A stretch of DNA of 64,000 nucleotides, taken from positions 160,001 through 224,000 of the forward strand of contig JAVVEA010000004.1 in the NCBI GenBank assembly GCA_032250835.1. Reading direction: 5' to 3'. This document shows, piece by piece, positions 46,964 to 57,497 of the stretch (the stretch's first letter is position 1; every line of letters begins with the position of its first letter). Under the pieces are notes generated by a model, which was given only the letters and a program-made list of their open reading frames with translations, did no database searches and had not been told where the DNA came from. Both the position numbers and the translations under genes were made by a program. Source of the DNA: a bacterium. GTDB lineage: Bacteria > SAR324 > XYD2-FULL-50-16.

Positions 46964-48421
46964 CTAGTCGGGCACGCCCAGTACGTCGCCCACCTTCAAG
47001 ATGCTGACCATATTGGTCTGGCTCGGCAGGTTGAAGAAGTCGCCGACCACCACCACCTTCTCTTCGGGGTCTAGGTAGCCCATCTTATGGCAGGCCACAA
47101 TCGCCGTTTTGATCCGGTTCAGGGTCTTGGCGGCTTGTTCTAGCTCAGGTAGGTGGATCGGCTCCACCGCCCAGAGCAGGCGCATCTCGCGGCAGGCGTG
47201 CTCGTCGGGCGTCAAGGCCAAGATCGGGAAGGGCGGGCGGTACTTGCTGACCATCCGGGCGGTATAGCCCGAACGGGTCAGGCAGATGATCTTCCCCTGT
47301 CCGTTGGCCCGTGAGGCGAGCTGCTTGCAGGCTTGGTGCGTCAAGTGGCCGATCACTTCACTGACCGTGTCTTCTTTAGAGTCGTAGTCGTCAGGGTTGC
47401 GCTCAGGTAGGTGCGACTCGCTGATGCGGATGATCCGCTCCATGGTGAACACCGCCTCGGCGGGGAACTCGCCGGAGGCGGTCTCGGCCGAAAGCATCAC
47501 GCAGTCTGCCCCGTCTTCGATGGCGTTGTATACGTCTGAGACCTCCGCGCGGGTGGGGATCGGCGCTTTGGTCATGGACTCTAACATCTGGGTGGCCACG
47601 ATGATCGGCTTGCCCACGGTGTTACATTTCTTGATCATCATCTTCTGGATCGGCGGCACTTCTTCGGGCGGCATCTCTACGCCTAGGTCCCCTCGGGCCA
47701 CCATGATCCCGTCGCTGGCTTCTAAGATTTCGTCGAAGTTCTCCACCGCAATGGGGCGTTCAATCTTGGCGATGATCTTGATGCGGGTGTTGCCGTAGCT
47801 GGCTAAGATGTGGCGGATAGTCTCCACATCTTCGGCGTCGCCCACGAAGCTAGCCGCTAAATAGGCGGGGTTTAGGCGGGCGATCAACTTGAGGTCTTCA
47901 ATGTCTTTTTCGGTGGGCACACGCAAAGACAGCTTGGTGGTCGGTAGGTTGACGCCTTTACGGGTGTAGATCGTCCCGCCGGTCAAGACTCGGCAGTGGA
48001 CCTCGGTTTCTTTGATGTTCAGCGCCTCTAAACAAACGATCCCATCGTTGATGAAGATCCGGTCGCCTTCGCTCACCTCTTTGGGGAAGGGGTCGTAGCT
48101 GATGGTGACATGATTTTCGTCACCTAAGACCGACTTGGTGGTGAGGATGAACTTTTGGCCCCGCTTGAGCAAGGCTCCGCCCTCTTGGACTTCGCCAATG
48201 CGGATTTTGGGGCCTTGGATGTCGCAGAGAACGGCGATGCCGGGGTGTACGGACCGGACGTTTTCGATCAACCGCAGCTTGGATTCGGCGTCGCCATGCG
48301 AGAAGTTGATCCGCACGAGATCCATGCCCTGCTCAAAGAGCGCGCGGATTTCGTCGGGCTCGTTGGTCGAGGGGCCTAAGGTGCAGAGAATTTTTGATTT
48401 GGTCAGTAGTTCCGGTTTCAT
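46964..48421 (-). CDS. pyk: Pyruvate kinase
   Basis: KILCTLGP, RINFSHG, IIAKIE, GIMVARGDLGVE, ATQMLESM, PTRAE; start at ATG 48421. Confidence 0.96.
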   Translation of the reverse strand: MKPELLTKSKILCTLGPSTNEPDEIRALFEQGMDLVRINFSHGDAESKLRLIENVRSVHPGIAVLCDIQGPKIRIGEVQEGGALLKRGQKFILTTKSVLGDENHVTISYDPFPKEVSEGDRIFINDGIVCLEALNIKETEVHCRVLTGGTIYTRKGVNLPTTKLSLRVPTEKDIEDLKLIARLNPAYLAASFVGDAEDVETIRHILASYGNTRIKIIAKIERPIAVENFDEILEASDGIMVARGDLGVEMPPEEVPPIQKMMIKKCNTVGKPIIVATQMLESMTKAPIPTRAEVSDVYNAIEDGADCVMLSAETASGEFPAEAVFTMERIIRISESHLPERNPDDYDSKEDTVSEVIGHLTHQACKQLASRANGQGKIICLTRSGYTARMVSKYRPPFPILALTPDEHACREMRLLWAVEPIHLPELEQAAKTLNRIKTAIVACHKMGYLDPEEKVVVVGDFFNLPSQTNMVSILKVGDVLGVPD

Positions 48422-48446
48422 GCCCCTCCTAGGTGGCCTAGCCCGG

Positions 48447-48812
48447 CTAGAGAACCGCTTCGATGGTATCGAGCAGTTCTTGGGGATCGATGGGCTTGTG
48501 GAAACATTCCACCGCTCCCAGCGCGCGGGCGTATTCAAGATAGTCAAAGTCGCGGACCACAGCACCGCCACCGGAGATGGCGATCACCTTGGTGTCGGGC
48601 GAGGCTTTTTTTAGCTCCATTATGGCGGCGATGCCATCTTGACGGGGCATGAAGATGTCGACTACCGCCAAATCAACTTGGTTGGCGCTGGCTAGTTGGC
48701 TTCCCTCTTCGCCATTGGTGGCAATCCATACTTGATGTCCGGCGCTTTCTAGGGTGTCTTGCAGTGCCTGAGCCACCAAAACTTCGTCTTCCATGATGAG
48801 GATGCGGGCCAT
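48447..48812 (-). CDS. Response regulator (receiver only)
   Basis: ILIMEDE, VDIFMP, ISGGG, KP. Confidence 0.9.
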   Translation of the reverse strand: MARILIMEDEVLVAQALQDTLESAGHQVWIATNGEEGSQLASANQVDLAVVDIFMPRQDGIAAIMELKKASPDTKVIAISGGGAVVRDFDYLEYARALGAVECFHKPIDPQELLDTIEAVL

Positions 48813-48821
48813 AAATTTAGC

Positions 48822-50882
48822 TCAAGTAAGAAGTTCGCCTAAAACCACCAAGAGGTAGTCTTGGTCCAAAGGTTTACTCAGCACCCGCACCGCACCGGCC
48901 TGATGGGCCTTGGCTTCGGTTAGTTGGTGGCTGTATCCCGAATAGATCACTACCGGAAAATGGGGCCGAAGCCCGGTCACCGCTTCGCTGAGTTGCAGGC
49001 CCGACATTTCGGGCATGGATTGGTCACTTAAAAGTAGATCAAAGGCTTCCGGGCTGGCTTGAAAACGCTTCCAAGCCTCTTGGGGACGGCTAAAGGCCTC
49101 TACCGAAAACCCCCGTGCCTCTAAAAATTCTTTTAAGGGCTCTAGCACCAAGGTCTCGTCATCGACAAAGAGCAGGCGGCCTTTACCCTTAGGGATACTT
49201 GGTTCTATTTGTACGGCTTCGGTCGAAGCCTTGGCAAGCTCCTTTTTGACTTTAGGTAGATAGACCAAGAACCGGGCTCCTTTGCCCGGTTGGGTCTGGC
49301 AGGTCAGCAGGCCCTTGTGCCGCAGCACGATACCCTGGGCCACCGCAAGGCCCAATCCGGTACCGTCTTCGGGTGGTTTGGTGGTGAAAAAGGGATCAAA
49401 AATGCGCGGCAAGACCGAGGGGGCAATGCCCGGCCCGTTGTCGCTCACGCAAAGACGTAAGTAGGGGCCGGGCTTGAGGTCTGAGGCCAACTGGTCGCTG
49501 GAAACCACCTCCCATTCTTCAATACTCAAGGCGACCCGCCCCCCCTCTTCGCGTAAGGAGTAGGCGGCGTTGTTGATCAGGTTCATGATCACCTGATGCA
49601 TCTGGGTTGCATCGGCCATGCAGACGGGTTCGGCGCAGTTGTAGTGCCGCTCCATCACGACGCTTCTGGGGGTGGCCGCGCGGACCAGCTCAAAGGCCTC
49701 GTCGGCCACCTCGCTCAAGTCTACCGGGCCGATCCGGCGGTCTTGTTGCCGACTGAAGGCTAAGATCTGGCGGGTTAAGTCTTTGGCCCGGTTGCCTGCC
49801 ATCATGGAGCGGTCAACATATCCTTGTACCTTAGGCAGGTCCTTGGTGGCCCCCTTGATCAGGTTCAGGTTGAGTAATATCGCAAAAAGTAGGTTGTTGA
49901 AGTCATGGGCCACCCCTCCGGCCATGGTACCTAAGGCCTCTAATTTTTGGGTCTGGTGGAGCTTGTTTTCCAGGGATTTTTTATCGGAGATGTCGAGCGC
50001 ATAGCCCAGCAAGTGGGCTGAGCTCAAGCCTTCGATAAAGAAAGGGATCTTGCCCCGCAACAGCTCCCGTTCGATTCCCCCTAAGCAGACCCGTTCTTCT
50101 AGGCGTAGGGCTTGCCCCGATTCGATGGCTTGCCGGTCGGTGGCTTCGTCTTGGCGTCCGTCTTCGGTGTTCATCAGCGCCAAGGCGCCGCGGCCTAAGA
50201 TTTGGTCTTTGTCTCGGCCCAACAATTCACAAAAACCTTGATTGACCAACACGTAGCGCCCCCGAGGTTCCTTGAGGTAGACCGTCAAGGGCAGCGCGTC
50301 GAGGAGGTCATCTAAGATGCGCTCTTGGACCAAGCTGGCGGTTTGTTGGTCTTCGGCATGGGCCTTGATCCGGCCCAGCTGTTCTAGGCTTTCGGCGAGC
50401 TTGCGGGTGCGCTGGGCGACCATTTCTTCGACTTGGCCGCTGATCTGATCGATCTGTTGTTGCGCCTGGGTTCGCGCCAATTCGCTGTTGGTAAGGCGCT
50501 CTTGCAGCTCTTGATTGCTGCGCTGGGCTCGGCTCAATTCCAAAACCAACCGCAAGCGCTCCATAAAGGCCCGCTGCCGCATGGGCTTGGGGGTCCAGAA
50601 GGTCTCTAGCCAAACTTCAGAAAAACTGGGTTCTTCTTCGCTCAACAGCAGCAAAATAGGCCGGTAACCTACCTCGCGGCCATGCAGACGCAGGGTTACG
50701 TCAGGCAAGCCCGGTTCGTCTAGGTCTAAAACCACCAACGGGGGGCGGAGCCGACGGGCAGCAAGTAAGGCCTCATTACCCTCAGAAAAAACCATGGGTT
50801 CAACACCCAAAGCCCGGCAAGGCTCTAGCATGGGAGCAAAGGTCTCTTCGTCACCGAGCAGAAAAAGGGGAGTTGCGGCCAT
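48822..50882 (-). CDS. PAS hybrid histidine kinase
   Basis: Degenerate N-terminal receiver, PAS, GGVAHDFNN, FFTTK, GTGLGL, C-terminal receiver. Confidence 0.92.
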   Translation of the reverse strand: MAATPLFLLGDEETFAPMLEPCRALGVEPMVFSEGNEALLAARRLRPPLVVLDLDEPGLPDVTLRLHGREVGYRPILLLLSEEEPSFSEVWLETFWTPKPMRQRAFMERLRLVLELSRAQRSNQELQERLTNSELARTQAQQQIDQISGQVEEMVAQRTRKLAESLEQLGRIKAHAEDQQTASLVQERILDDLLDALPLTVYLKEPRGRYVLVNQGFCELLGRDKDQILGRGALALMNTEDGRQDEATDRQAIESGQALRLEERVCLGGIERELLRGKIPFFIEGLSSAHLLGYALDISDKKSLENKLHQTQKLEALGTMAGGVAHDFNNLLFAILLNLNLIKGATKDLPKVQGYVDRSMMAGNRAKDLTRQILAFSRQQDRRIGPVDLSEVADEAFELVRAATPRSVVMERHYNCAEPVCMADATQMHQVIMNLINNAAYSLREEGGRVALSIEEWEVVSSDQLASDLKPGPYLRLCVSDNGPGIAPSVLPRIFDPFFTTKPPEDGTGLGLAVAQGIVLRHKGLLTCQTQPGKGARFLVYLPKVKKELAKASTEAVQIEPSIPKGKGRLLFVDDETLVLEPLKEFLEARGFSVEAFSRPQEAWKRFQASPEAFDLLLSDQSMPEMSGLQLSEAVTGLRPHFPVVIYSGYSHQLTEAKAHQAGAVRVLSKPLDQDYLLVVLGELLT

Positions 50883-50962
50883 GGTACCTAATAAAAAACG
50901 TTGATCGCCTTTAGTCTAGGCCATGGGCGGGGCAAAAACAACTAAACGACCCGGGCAGGGGC

Positions 50963-51000
50963 AAAAAAAAAGGCCGCCATCCCCAAAGGGACGGCGGCCT
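50963..51000 (-). terminator. Intrinsic terminator after cytochrome c
   Basis: AGGCCGCC...GGCGGCCT stem preceded by an A-run on the + strand. Confidence 0.75.
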
Positions 51001-51028
51001 CTCCTTTTAAAGGCGTCTACTTAAAGGC

Positions 51029-51649
51029 TTACTTCAAAGAAGCCAAGTAGTTGGATACAGCTTTAACTTGCTCAGCCGTAAGGCCTTGCGCCATCGGAGC
51101 CATCATCATCGCTTCGGGGGTGCCGCCGCGAGTGGCTTTTTTCTCGGCTGCGCCGAAAGCATAAAGCTGGTTTGCGAGGTACTCAGGAGACAAACCGGCC
51201 AACTTGGGGTAGTTCGGCATGATCGGCGTCTTGGCGTCTTCGCCATGGCAAGCGGCACAACCACCTTGCATAAAGACTTCTTCACCTTCATGGACCTGGT
51301 CGTTGTCGTAGCTAGCGGTCTTGGTCGGCTGGTTGCTGGCCAAGTACTCAGCGATGGCACCGACTACTTCGGGTCCGTCTTTGGTGATGCTGTTAGCAAA
51401 AGGCACCATTTGGTTGGTATTTAAGGTACCTTGGCGGTGCTTGTTGCTGAAAGCCGCAATCTGGCTGACGATGTAATCCTTGTTCTGACCGGCCAGTACA
51501 GGGTACTGGGGGGTGATGGGGTTCGCACCAGCGGCACCGTGGCAGGTGTAGCAGCCTTTACGTTGGAACAGCCTCGAGCCATCTTCAGCATAGGCCGGCG
51601 CAAGACCCATAAGCAGAAGGGCCGAAATGAGGATTGCTGACTTCTTCAT
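51029..51649 (-). CDS. Dihaem cytochrome c (c4-like)
   Basis: Signal peptide; CYTCH and CAACH; YP.LAG motifs. Confidence 0.9.
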   Translation of the reverse strand: MKKSAILISALLLMGLAPAYAEDGSRLFQRKGCYTCHGAAGANPITPQYPVLAGQNKDYIVSQIAAFSNKHRQGTLNTNQMVPFANSITKDGPEVVGAIAEYLASNQPTKTASYDNDQVHEGEEVFMQGGCAACHGEDAKTPIMPNYPKLAGLSPEYLANQLYAFGAAEKKATRGGTPEAMMMAPMAQGLTAEQVKAVSNYLASLK

Positions 51650-51897
51650 GTCTTTCCCTGAAAAAAATGTTGCAAAGCGAAGTTTTTGCCCAGTGTAAGC
51701 GACTTTACTTGGGACAAAAAGGATACTTGTCTCTTAATTAATTTGGCAGGCTTTGTCTAATTTTTTTTGCCTGCCAACCCAAGAATTTTCCTGAGATTTT
51801 TACAGCAAGTTGAAATGCCACAACTTTTAAAAGTCACGTAACTCGATCAACTTTACTGAAGTTCCTCTAGACCCGCTTGGGGCGGGGTGTAACGAGT

Positions 51898-53499
51898 CTA
51901 TTTCGCTCCCTGGCTAACCAAGAAATCGGCATAAGACATGTCTGTTTTTTGGATATGGTTGGTCAACCAATCCTTTAAAATACCCAAGAGGTCCTCAAGG
52001 GTCTTGCGACCGGCCTTGAATTCCCCTAAAAAGGCCCCCACAGCGGCCAAGAAGTCGACGTGCGCTGGTTTGTGGGCCTCAAAGCCGGGATAGCCGTAGC
52101 TTTCCATCATGAACTCCTCAAAGGCGAAGTGGGCCACTGTGTAGTTGACCAGCGAATCGAGGATGTCCGAGTATTCTTCAAAGGGCTGGTGCTCTTCCTT
52201 GGCCCGGTGCAGGAGGTTGATCAGGTGCACCAGGGTCATGTGCTGCTCGTCGATCGAGGCTACCTTGACGCTAAAGGCCTTGGACCATTGGATAAAGGGG
52301 GCCGGGCCTTCGGCTTGTTCTAGTTTGTCTAAAGAGCCAATGACTTGATCTAGGTGGTCTGCCGCCTTCTTTAAGGTGTTGGTGCCCGCTTGGCTTGAAG
52401 AGACCACTTGGCGCAACTCCTCAATCCGCGTGAGCATTTCGGCGCTGGAGTTTTTGAGGCCCTCGGATTGGCGAGATATTTCTTCAATGCCCCGCTCCTG
52501 GCTTTCCATGGCATTGTTGAGGTCGCCCATTTCGCTGGAAACCTCGTGTACTTGCGCCACAATACTGCGCAAATCGGTGCCCACTTGATTGACCACCTCG
52601 GTCCCTCGTTTGACCTCTTCTTGGCTCTGGGCGATCAATTGGTTGATCTCGGTGGCGCTACGGTTGACCCGGTCGGCCAACTTGCGGACCTCGTCGGCCA
52701 CTACCGCAAAACCTTTGCCTTGCTCGCCGGCCTTGGCCGACTCGATGGCGGCGTTGAGGCTAAGCAAGTTGGTTTGGTTGGCGATTTCAGAGATGGTGAC
52801 CACGATCTTGTTGATCTTGTCCGAAGAGGCGGTGATTCGGTGCATGGTGTCAATGGCCTGCTCGACCGATTGGGCCCCGGCGGAGGTCTTTTGTTCTGCC
52901 TCGCTGGTCAGTTGGTCCATGCGGTGGATCTGCTCGGTGATAGTCTTTGAAGCGGCAGTTAATTGGCTTAGGGCCTCTGAAGACTGCTGGATCGCTTCAA
53001 AATCCGCTTCGGCGGTTTTATTGATCTTGCTAGTTGAGTTAAGGATGCACTTACCGTTGATGGTGAAGATGTTCGCGCTTAGGGTAAGGCGGTCCGACTG
53101 CGCCCGCAGCAGTTGGCTCATGGTCCCCACCTCGCGGACAAAGCCGTTGAGTGTTTCCATCAATTCTTTAAACTCGCCCTTTTCCAAATCCGCCATTTCT
53201 TCATCAAAGCTGGTCTCGCCCCGCAGCACCTTAAGTACTTTTTCCTGATACCGTTTTAAGGGGCTGTAGAGCACAGCTCGCCCATACCAAGCAATGAGGC
53301 TCAATCCAATGGCACTCAATAAGAAGGCGGAGATAACGTAGGCGCGGATTGATTGGATATGCCGCATCAATTGGGTATCTTGACCGGCTTGCGCTAAACC
53401 CTGAATATCCCCAGCGGCAAAGTAGGTTAACACTGCCGGGACAAAGAGAATCGCTAAGATGATGAGGCTGACAATAATCAGCTTGTTCTTAGGTGACAC
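51898..53499 (-). CDS. Methyl-accepting chemotaxis protein with C-terminal hemerythrin
   Basis: [15 protein letters not shown]...[39 protein letters not shown]. Confidence 0.92.
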   Translation of the reverse strand: MSPKNKLIIVSLIILAILFVPAVLTYFAAGDIQGLAQAGQDTQLMRHIQSIRAYVISAFLLSAIGLSLIAWYGRAVLYSPLKRYQEKVLKVLRGETSFDEEMADLEKGEFKELMETLNGFVREVGTMSQLLRAQSDRLTLSANIFTINGKCILNSTSKINKTAEADFEAIQQSSEALSQLTAASKTITEQIHRMDQLTSEAEQKTSAGAQSVEQAIDTMHRITASSDKINKIVVTISEIANQTNLLSLNAAIESAKAGEQGKGFAVVADEVRKLADRVNRSATEINQLIAQSQEEVKRGTEVVNQVGTDLRSIVAQVHEVSSEMGDLNNAMESQERGIEEISRQSEGLKNSSAEMLTRIEELRQVVSSSQAGTNTLKKAADHLDQVIGSLDKLEQAEGPAPFIQWSKAFSVKVASIDEQHMTLVHLINLLHRAKEEHQPFEEYSDILDSLVNYTVAHFAFEEFMMESYGYPGFEAHKPAHVDFLAAVGAFLGEFKAGRKTLEDLLGILKDWLTNHIQKTDMSYADFLVSQGAK

Positions 53500-53792
53500 G
53501 TAGGATAACCCTCCAAGAGTGGTAGGAAAATTGGTATTGGAGCGGTCAGAAGCCGCTGTACCCTATTACAGGCTACCTAGGTGGCCTTGCAAGAAAAAAA
53601 ATAAATCCAATTAAATGGAACTGGACTTGCCGATCCCCTAAGGCTATAATTTTACCAAAAAAATAGGTAATAACCCCTAGGGCCCTTTCGTTATGGGGAA
53701 GTTGTTACTAAGGCTTTTGCTTGGGCCGAGCGTAAATAAAACGCTGAAAAATTCATAGGAAAAGTTTGTTAATCTACCCCATAGGCCAATAA

Positions 53793-54797
53793 ATGGACCC
53801 CTTGAGTCAAGGCTTGGTCGGCGCTGTTTTGGCGCAGGCCTTTGCTTCTAAAAAGAATCTGCGTTGCGCTTCGGTGGCTGGCTTTTTTGGCGGCATACTG
53901 GCTGATGTTGACGTTTTGATCCGCTCCGGTGACGACCCTCTCCTTAATTTGGAGTACCACCGGCACTTCACCCATGCGCTCCTGTTTATCCCCCTCGGTG
54001 GTCTGATCGCGGCCTTGCTGCTGTGGCCCTTTATCGGGCGTAAGCTAGGGGGAAAAAGACTCTATGGTTTTGCTACCTTGGGTTACGCCACCGCCGGGTT
54101 GCTCGACGCCTGCACTACCTACGGCACCAGGATCTATTGGCCCTTTAGTTATGAAAAGGTCGCTTGGAACCTGATTTCTGTGGTGGACCCGATCTTTACC
54201 CTGGTCTTGTTCTTCTTGGTGGGGGCTGCCTTCTGGCGGCGGGCCGTTGGGCGCGCTTATTTGGGGTTGGCCTTTGGGGCGCTTTACCTCACCTTAGGTT
54301 ACCACCAACACCAACGCGCCGTCCAAGCCCAGGCGGCCATGGCCTTTGAGCGCAAACATGCCATGGTCAAAGCAACCACCAAGCCTACGTTGGGCAACCT
54401 CTTTTTGTGGCGCAGCGTTTATCAGTCCGAGGGCAAGTATTTTGTAGACGCTGTCAATCTGGTGCCCGGGAAAACCCCCAAATGGTACCGAGGGGAATCG
54501 ATCGAGGCTTTGGCTTGGCAAGAACGCTTCGCCAACCTAGATAAGCAGACGCCTTTACACGAAGACCTAGCGCGCTTTGAGGAGTTTTCTCAGGGCTATG
54601 TGATCGCTGCTCCGGACCGGCCCAACAGCTTGGGTGACGTGCGCTACGCTATGTTACCCAATCAGGTGGACCCGCTTTGGGGCATTGAATACGATCCCGA
54701 AAATCCCAACGAACGGGCGGTCTTTGAAAATTGGCGGCGCGCCGAGCCGGATACCCTCCAACGCTTTTTTACCATGCTGGTCGGCGAAGAGCTTTAA
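53793..54797 (+). CDS. Membrane-bound metal-dependent hydrolase (YdjM-like)
   Basis: MDPLSQGLVG, DVD, HRHFTH, LLDACT.YGT, VVDP. Confidence 0.82.
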   Translation: MDPLSQGLVGAVLAQAFASKKNLRCASVAGFFGGILADVDVLIRSGDDPLLNLEYHRHFTHALLFIPLGGLIAALLLWPFIGRKLGGKRLYGFATLGYATAGLLDACTTYGTRIYWPFSYEKVAWNLISVVDPIFTLVLFFLVGAAFWRRAVGRAYLGLAFGALYLTLGYHQHQRAVQAQAAMAFERKHAMVKATTKPTLGNLFLWRSVYQSEGKYFVDAVNLVPGKTPKWYRGESIEALAWQERFANLDKQTPLHEDLARFEEFSQGYVIAAPDRPNSLGDVRYAMLPNQVDPLWGIEYDPENPNERAVFENWRRAEPDTLQRFFTMLVGEEL

Positions 54798-54969
54798 TCC
54801 GAAGTGCCCGGTATACCGCCAGTCCACTTAAGCGGTGGCAGGGTTGATGGATTAAGGAGCAACCAATGATTGAACGGCACACCGATTTTATCGTATGGTG
54901 TAGCTGTGCAAAATAACCGTCCTGCTTCCCTAAGCCGCCAAGGGCGGTTTAATTCGATCCATCGGTGCC

Positions 54970-55506
54970 ATGAACATTACCCTTTGCGACAGCTCGCAAG
55001 CCCAAGCGGTGGAAGCATTCTTTGATGCTGTGTTCACCGACTCTGAAGATGCCACAGAAGGCCGGATTGTCGGCAGATTGGCCTTTGATCTTCTCACCCA
55101 AACCGAGCCCGAAGATTTGTTCGCCATTGCCGCTTGGGAAGAAGAAGACCTAGTCGGCTGCATTATCTTCAGCCGCATGAGATTTGAATTAGAACTCCCA
55201 GCCTTTTTGATGGCACCCGTCGGAGTGCACAGCGAACATCAAAGAAAGGGTGTGGGGCAAGGGCTGATACGGCACGGGTTGACCGAACTAGCAAAAAGAG
55301 GAATCCAGTTGGTGCTGACCTATGGCGACCCGAAATATTATGGCAAAACGGGCTTTCGGCAGGTAACGGCCCATGAAATCCCTCCGCCTTTTGAACTGAG
55401 CCAACCGATCGGTTGGTTGGCGCAAAGGCTGGACGGCCAAAGGATCAGGCCCATTGAGGGGAGGTCGACCTGCGTTGCGGCAATGCACAAACAAGAATAC
55501 TGGTAA
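54970..55506 (+). CDS. GNAT N-acetyltransferase
   Basis: APVGVH..HQRKGVGQGLI, YGDPKYY.KTGF. Confidence 0.88.
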   Translation: MNITLCDSSQAQAVEAFFDAVFTDSEDATEGRIVGRLAFDLLTQTEPEDLFAIAAWEEEDLVGCIIFSRMRFELELPAFLMAPVGVHSEHQRKGVGQGLIRHGLTELAKRGIQLVLTYGDPKYYGKTGFRQVTAHEIPPPFELSQPIGWLAQRLDGQRIRPIEGRSTCVAAMHKQEYW

Positions 55507-55603
55507 TCAGTCCTGTCTCAATCCTCCGGCAAAGCCTGGTACGCCTTAGGCCGCTCGTCCATCCAAGCTTGCAAAGAAAGTATGTGCTTCGGCGGGCTTA
55601 CCT

Positions 55604-56989
55604 TCAGCCGTACACCTGTTTGGGAAGCCACAGCACCAAATCAGGAACAAACCACAAAAGGGCTAAGACCAAAATCTGGATGCCGATGAAGGGCACCACG
55701 CCCTTGTATATCGCCGCGGTACTGACCTCTGGCGGGGCCACGCCACGCAGGTAGAAGAGGGCAAAACCGAAGGGCGGGGTCAGGAAGCTGGTCTGTAAGT
55801 TGATGGCGATCATCACCCCTAGCCAGATCGGGTCAAGCCCCATGGCCAAAAGGATGGGCCCAACAATGGGGACCACCACGAAGGTGATCTCGAAGAAGTC
55901 TAAAAAGAAGCCTAAGAAAAACATCACCACCATGACCAACACAAAGGCGGCGATCATCCCCCCCGGCAGGTTGGCTAAGAAGTGGGCGACTACCTCGTCG
56001 CCGTGATAACCGCGAAATACCAAGGAAAACAAGCTAGAGCCCAAGAGGATGGTGAACACCATGGTGTTCACTTCGGCGGTGCTGGTCATCACCTGCTTGA
56101 GGTTGCTTAAGCTCAGCTGACCCTTGAAGCCCGCCATCAAGATAGCCCCCACCGAGCCCACTGCGGCTGCTTCGGTCGGCGTGGCCACCCCCGCCAAGAT
56201 GGACCCCAAAACCCCGATGATCAGCAGCAAAGGCGGGATCAAGACCTTGAGCACCCGCCCGCTTAAGTCGCCCGGAGCCAAGGCCGCCAGTTCTTCGGGC
56301 GGCACCGCCGGGGCCAACTCGGGCTTGGCCAAGGCGGCGAGGTACACAAACACCATATATAGGAGAACCAACAAAAGCCCCGGAAAGAGGGCCCCTAAAA
56401 ATAAGTCCCCTACGCTAACCGCCGAGGGGGCAAAGTTGCCCAGCGAGAGTTGGGCCTGTTGGTGGGCCGAGCTGATCACGTCGCCGAGTAAGACCAAGAT
56501 GATCGAAGGGGGGATGATCTGCCCCAAGGTGCCCGAGGCGGTGATGATCCCGGCGGCAAAGCTGGGTTGGTATTGGTAGCGCAACATCACCGGCAGAGAG
56601 ATCAAGCCCATGGTCACCACCGTGGCCCCGACGATCCCCGTGCTGGCCGCCAAAAGGGCCCCGACCAAACAGATGGAAATCCCAATGCCGCCCCTAGTCG
56701 CACCAAACAGCAAGCCCAAGGTTTCGAGTAGGTCCTCACTGATCTTGCTGCGCTCGAGCATGACGCCCATGAAGATAAAGAGCGGTACGGCGATCAGCGT
56801 TTGGTTACCCATCACCCCAAAGATACGTTCCGGGAAGGCGGCAAAATAGCCAGCATCAAAGACCCCGAAGAGCCAGCCGCCCCCGGCGAAGATCAAGGCC
56901 GAGCCAGCCAGTGAAAAGGCCACTGGATAGCCCATCAGCAAAATGCCCATGGTCAGGGCAAACATCAACAAAGGTGCCCAGTCGCCCAT
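55604..56989 (-). CDS. dctM: TRAP transporter large permease
   Basis: GYPVAFSL, ASGTLGQIIPPS, ATPTEAAA, QTSFLTPPFGF. Confidence 0.93.
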   Translation of the reverse strand: MGDWAPLLMFALTMGILLMGYPVAFSLAGSALIFAGGGWLFGVFDAGYFAAFPERIFGVMGNQTLIAVPLFIFMGVMLERSKISEDLLETLGLLFGATRGGIGISICLVGALLAASTGIVGATVVTMGLISLPVMLRYQYQPSFAAGIITASGTLGQIIPPSIILVLLGDVISSAHQQAQLSLGNFAPSAVSVGDLFLGALFPGLLLVLLYMVFVYLAALAKPELAPAVPPEELAALAPGDLSGRVLKVLIPPLLLIIGVLGSILAGVATPTEAAAVGSVGAILMAGFKGQLSLSNLKQVMTSTAEVNTMVFTILLGSSLFSLVFRGYHGDEVVAHFLANLPGGMIAAFVLVMVVMFFLGFFLDFFEITFVVVPIVGPILLAMGLDPIWLGVMIAINLQTSFLTPPFGFALFYLRGVAPPEVSTAAIYKGVVPFIGIQILVLALLWFVPDLVLWLPKQVYG

Positions 56990-57492
56990 CAGCTCTCCTC
57001 ACCCAAAAGCACCAACCAAGCTTTAGAAGCCTGTGATAGCCCCTGCAAAATCAACAAAAGCGGCATCACCACCACCATGGACTTGATCAGAAACAGGCCC
57101 GGAATCCCGCCGGTTTCGCCGGAACCCTCAAAAATCCTCCAGGAATCGGCAGCATAGCCCCAGCCATGGAAAAGGATCAGCCCGCAGAAGGGAAAGAGCA
57201 GTAGGAGGGTTCCGGCCAGGTCGATCCAGGCCTTGGTCCGGGGGGTGGCGGGGCGATAGAAGAGGTCCACCCGCACATGCCCTTCGGTTTTTAAGGCGTA
57301 AGGAATAGCCAGCAGGAACAAGAGGGCGTGTAGATAGGTGACCGACTCCTGCATCCATATCCAGCCTATATTAAAGAGATAGCGTAGCAGGGCCACCAAA
57401 AAGGTGACCGCCACCATGCCCAAAATAAGCCAAGAGGCGGCCCTTCCGGTGGCCTCGGTGAGTCGGTCGATCCGCGTGATCCAAACTTTCAT
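56989..57492 (-). CDS. dctQ: TRAP transporter small permease
   Basis: HVRVDLFY, four TM helices, between dctP and dctM. Confidence 0.9.
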   Translation of the reverse strand: MKVWITRIDRLTEATGRAASWLILGMVAVTFLVALLRYLFNIGWIWMQESVTYLHALLFLLAIPYALKTEGHVRVDLFYRPATPRTKAWIDLAGTLLLLFPFCGLILFHGWGYAADSWRIFEGSGETGGIPGLFLIKSMVVVMPLLLILQGLSQASKAWLVLLGEES

Positions 57493-57497
57493 AAGAG

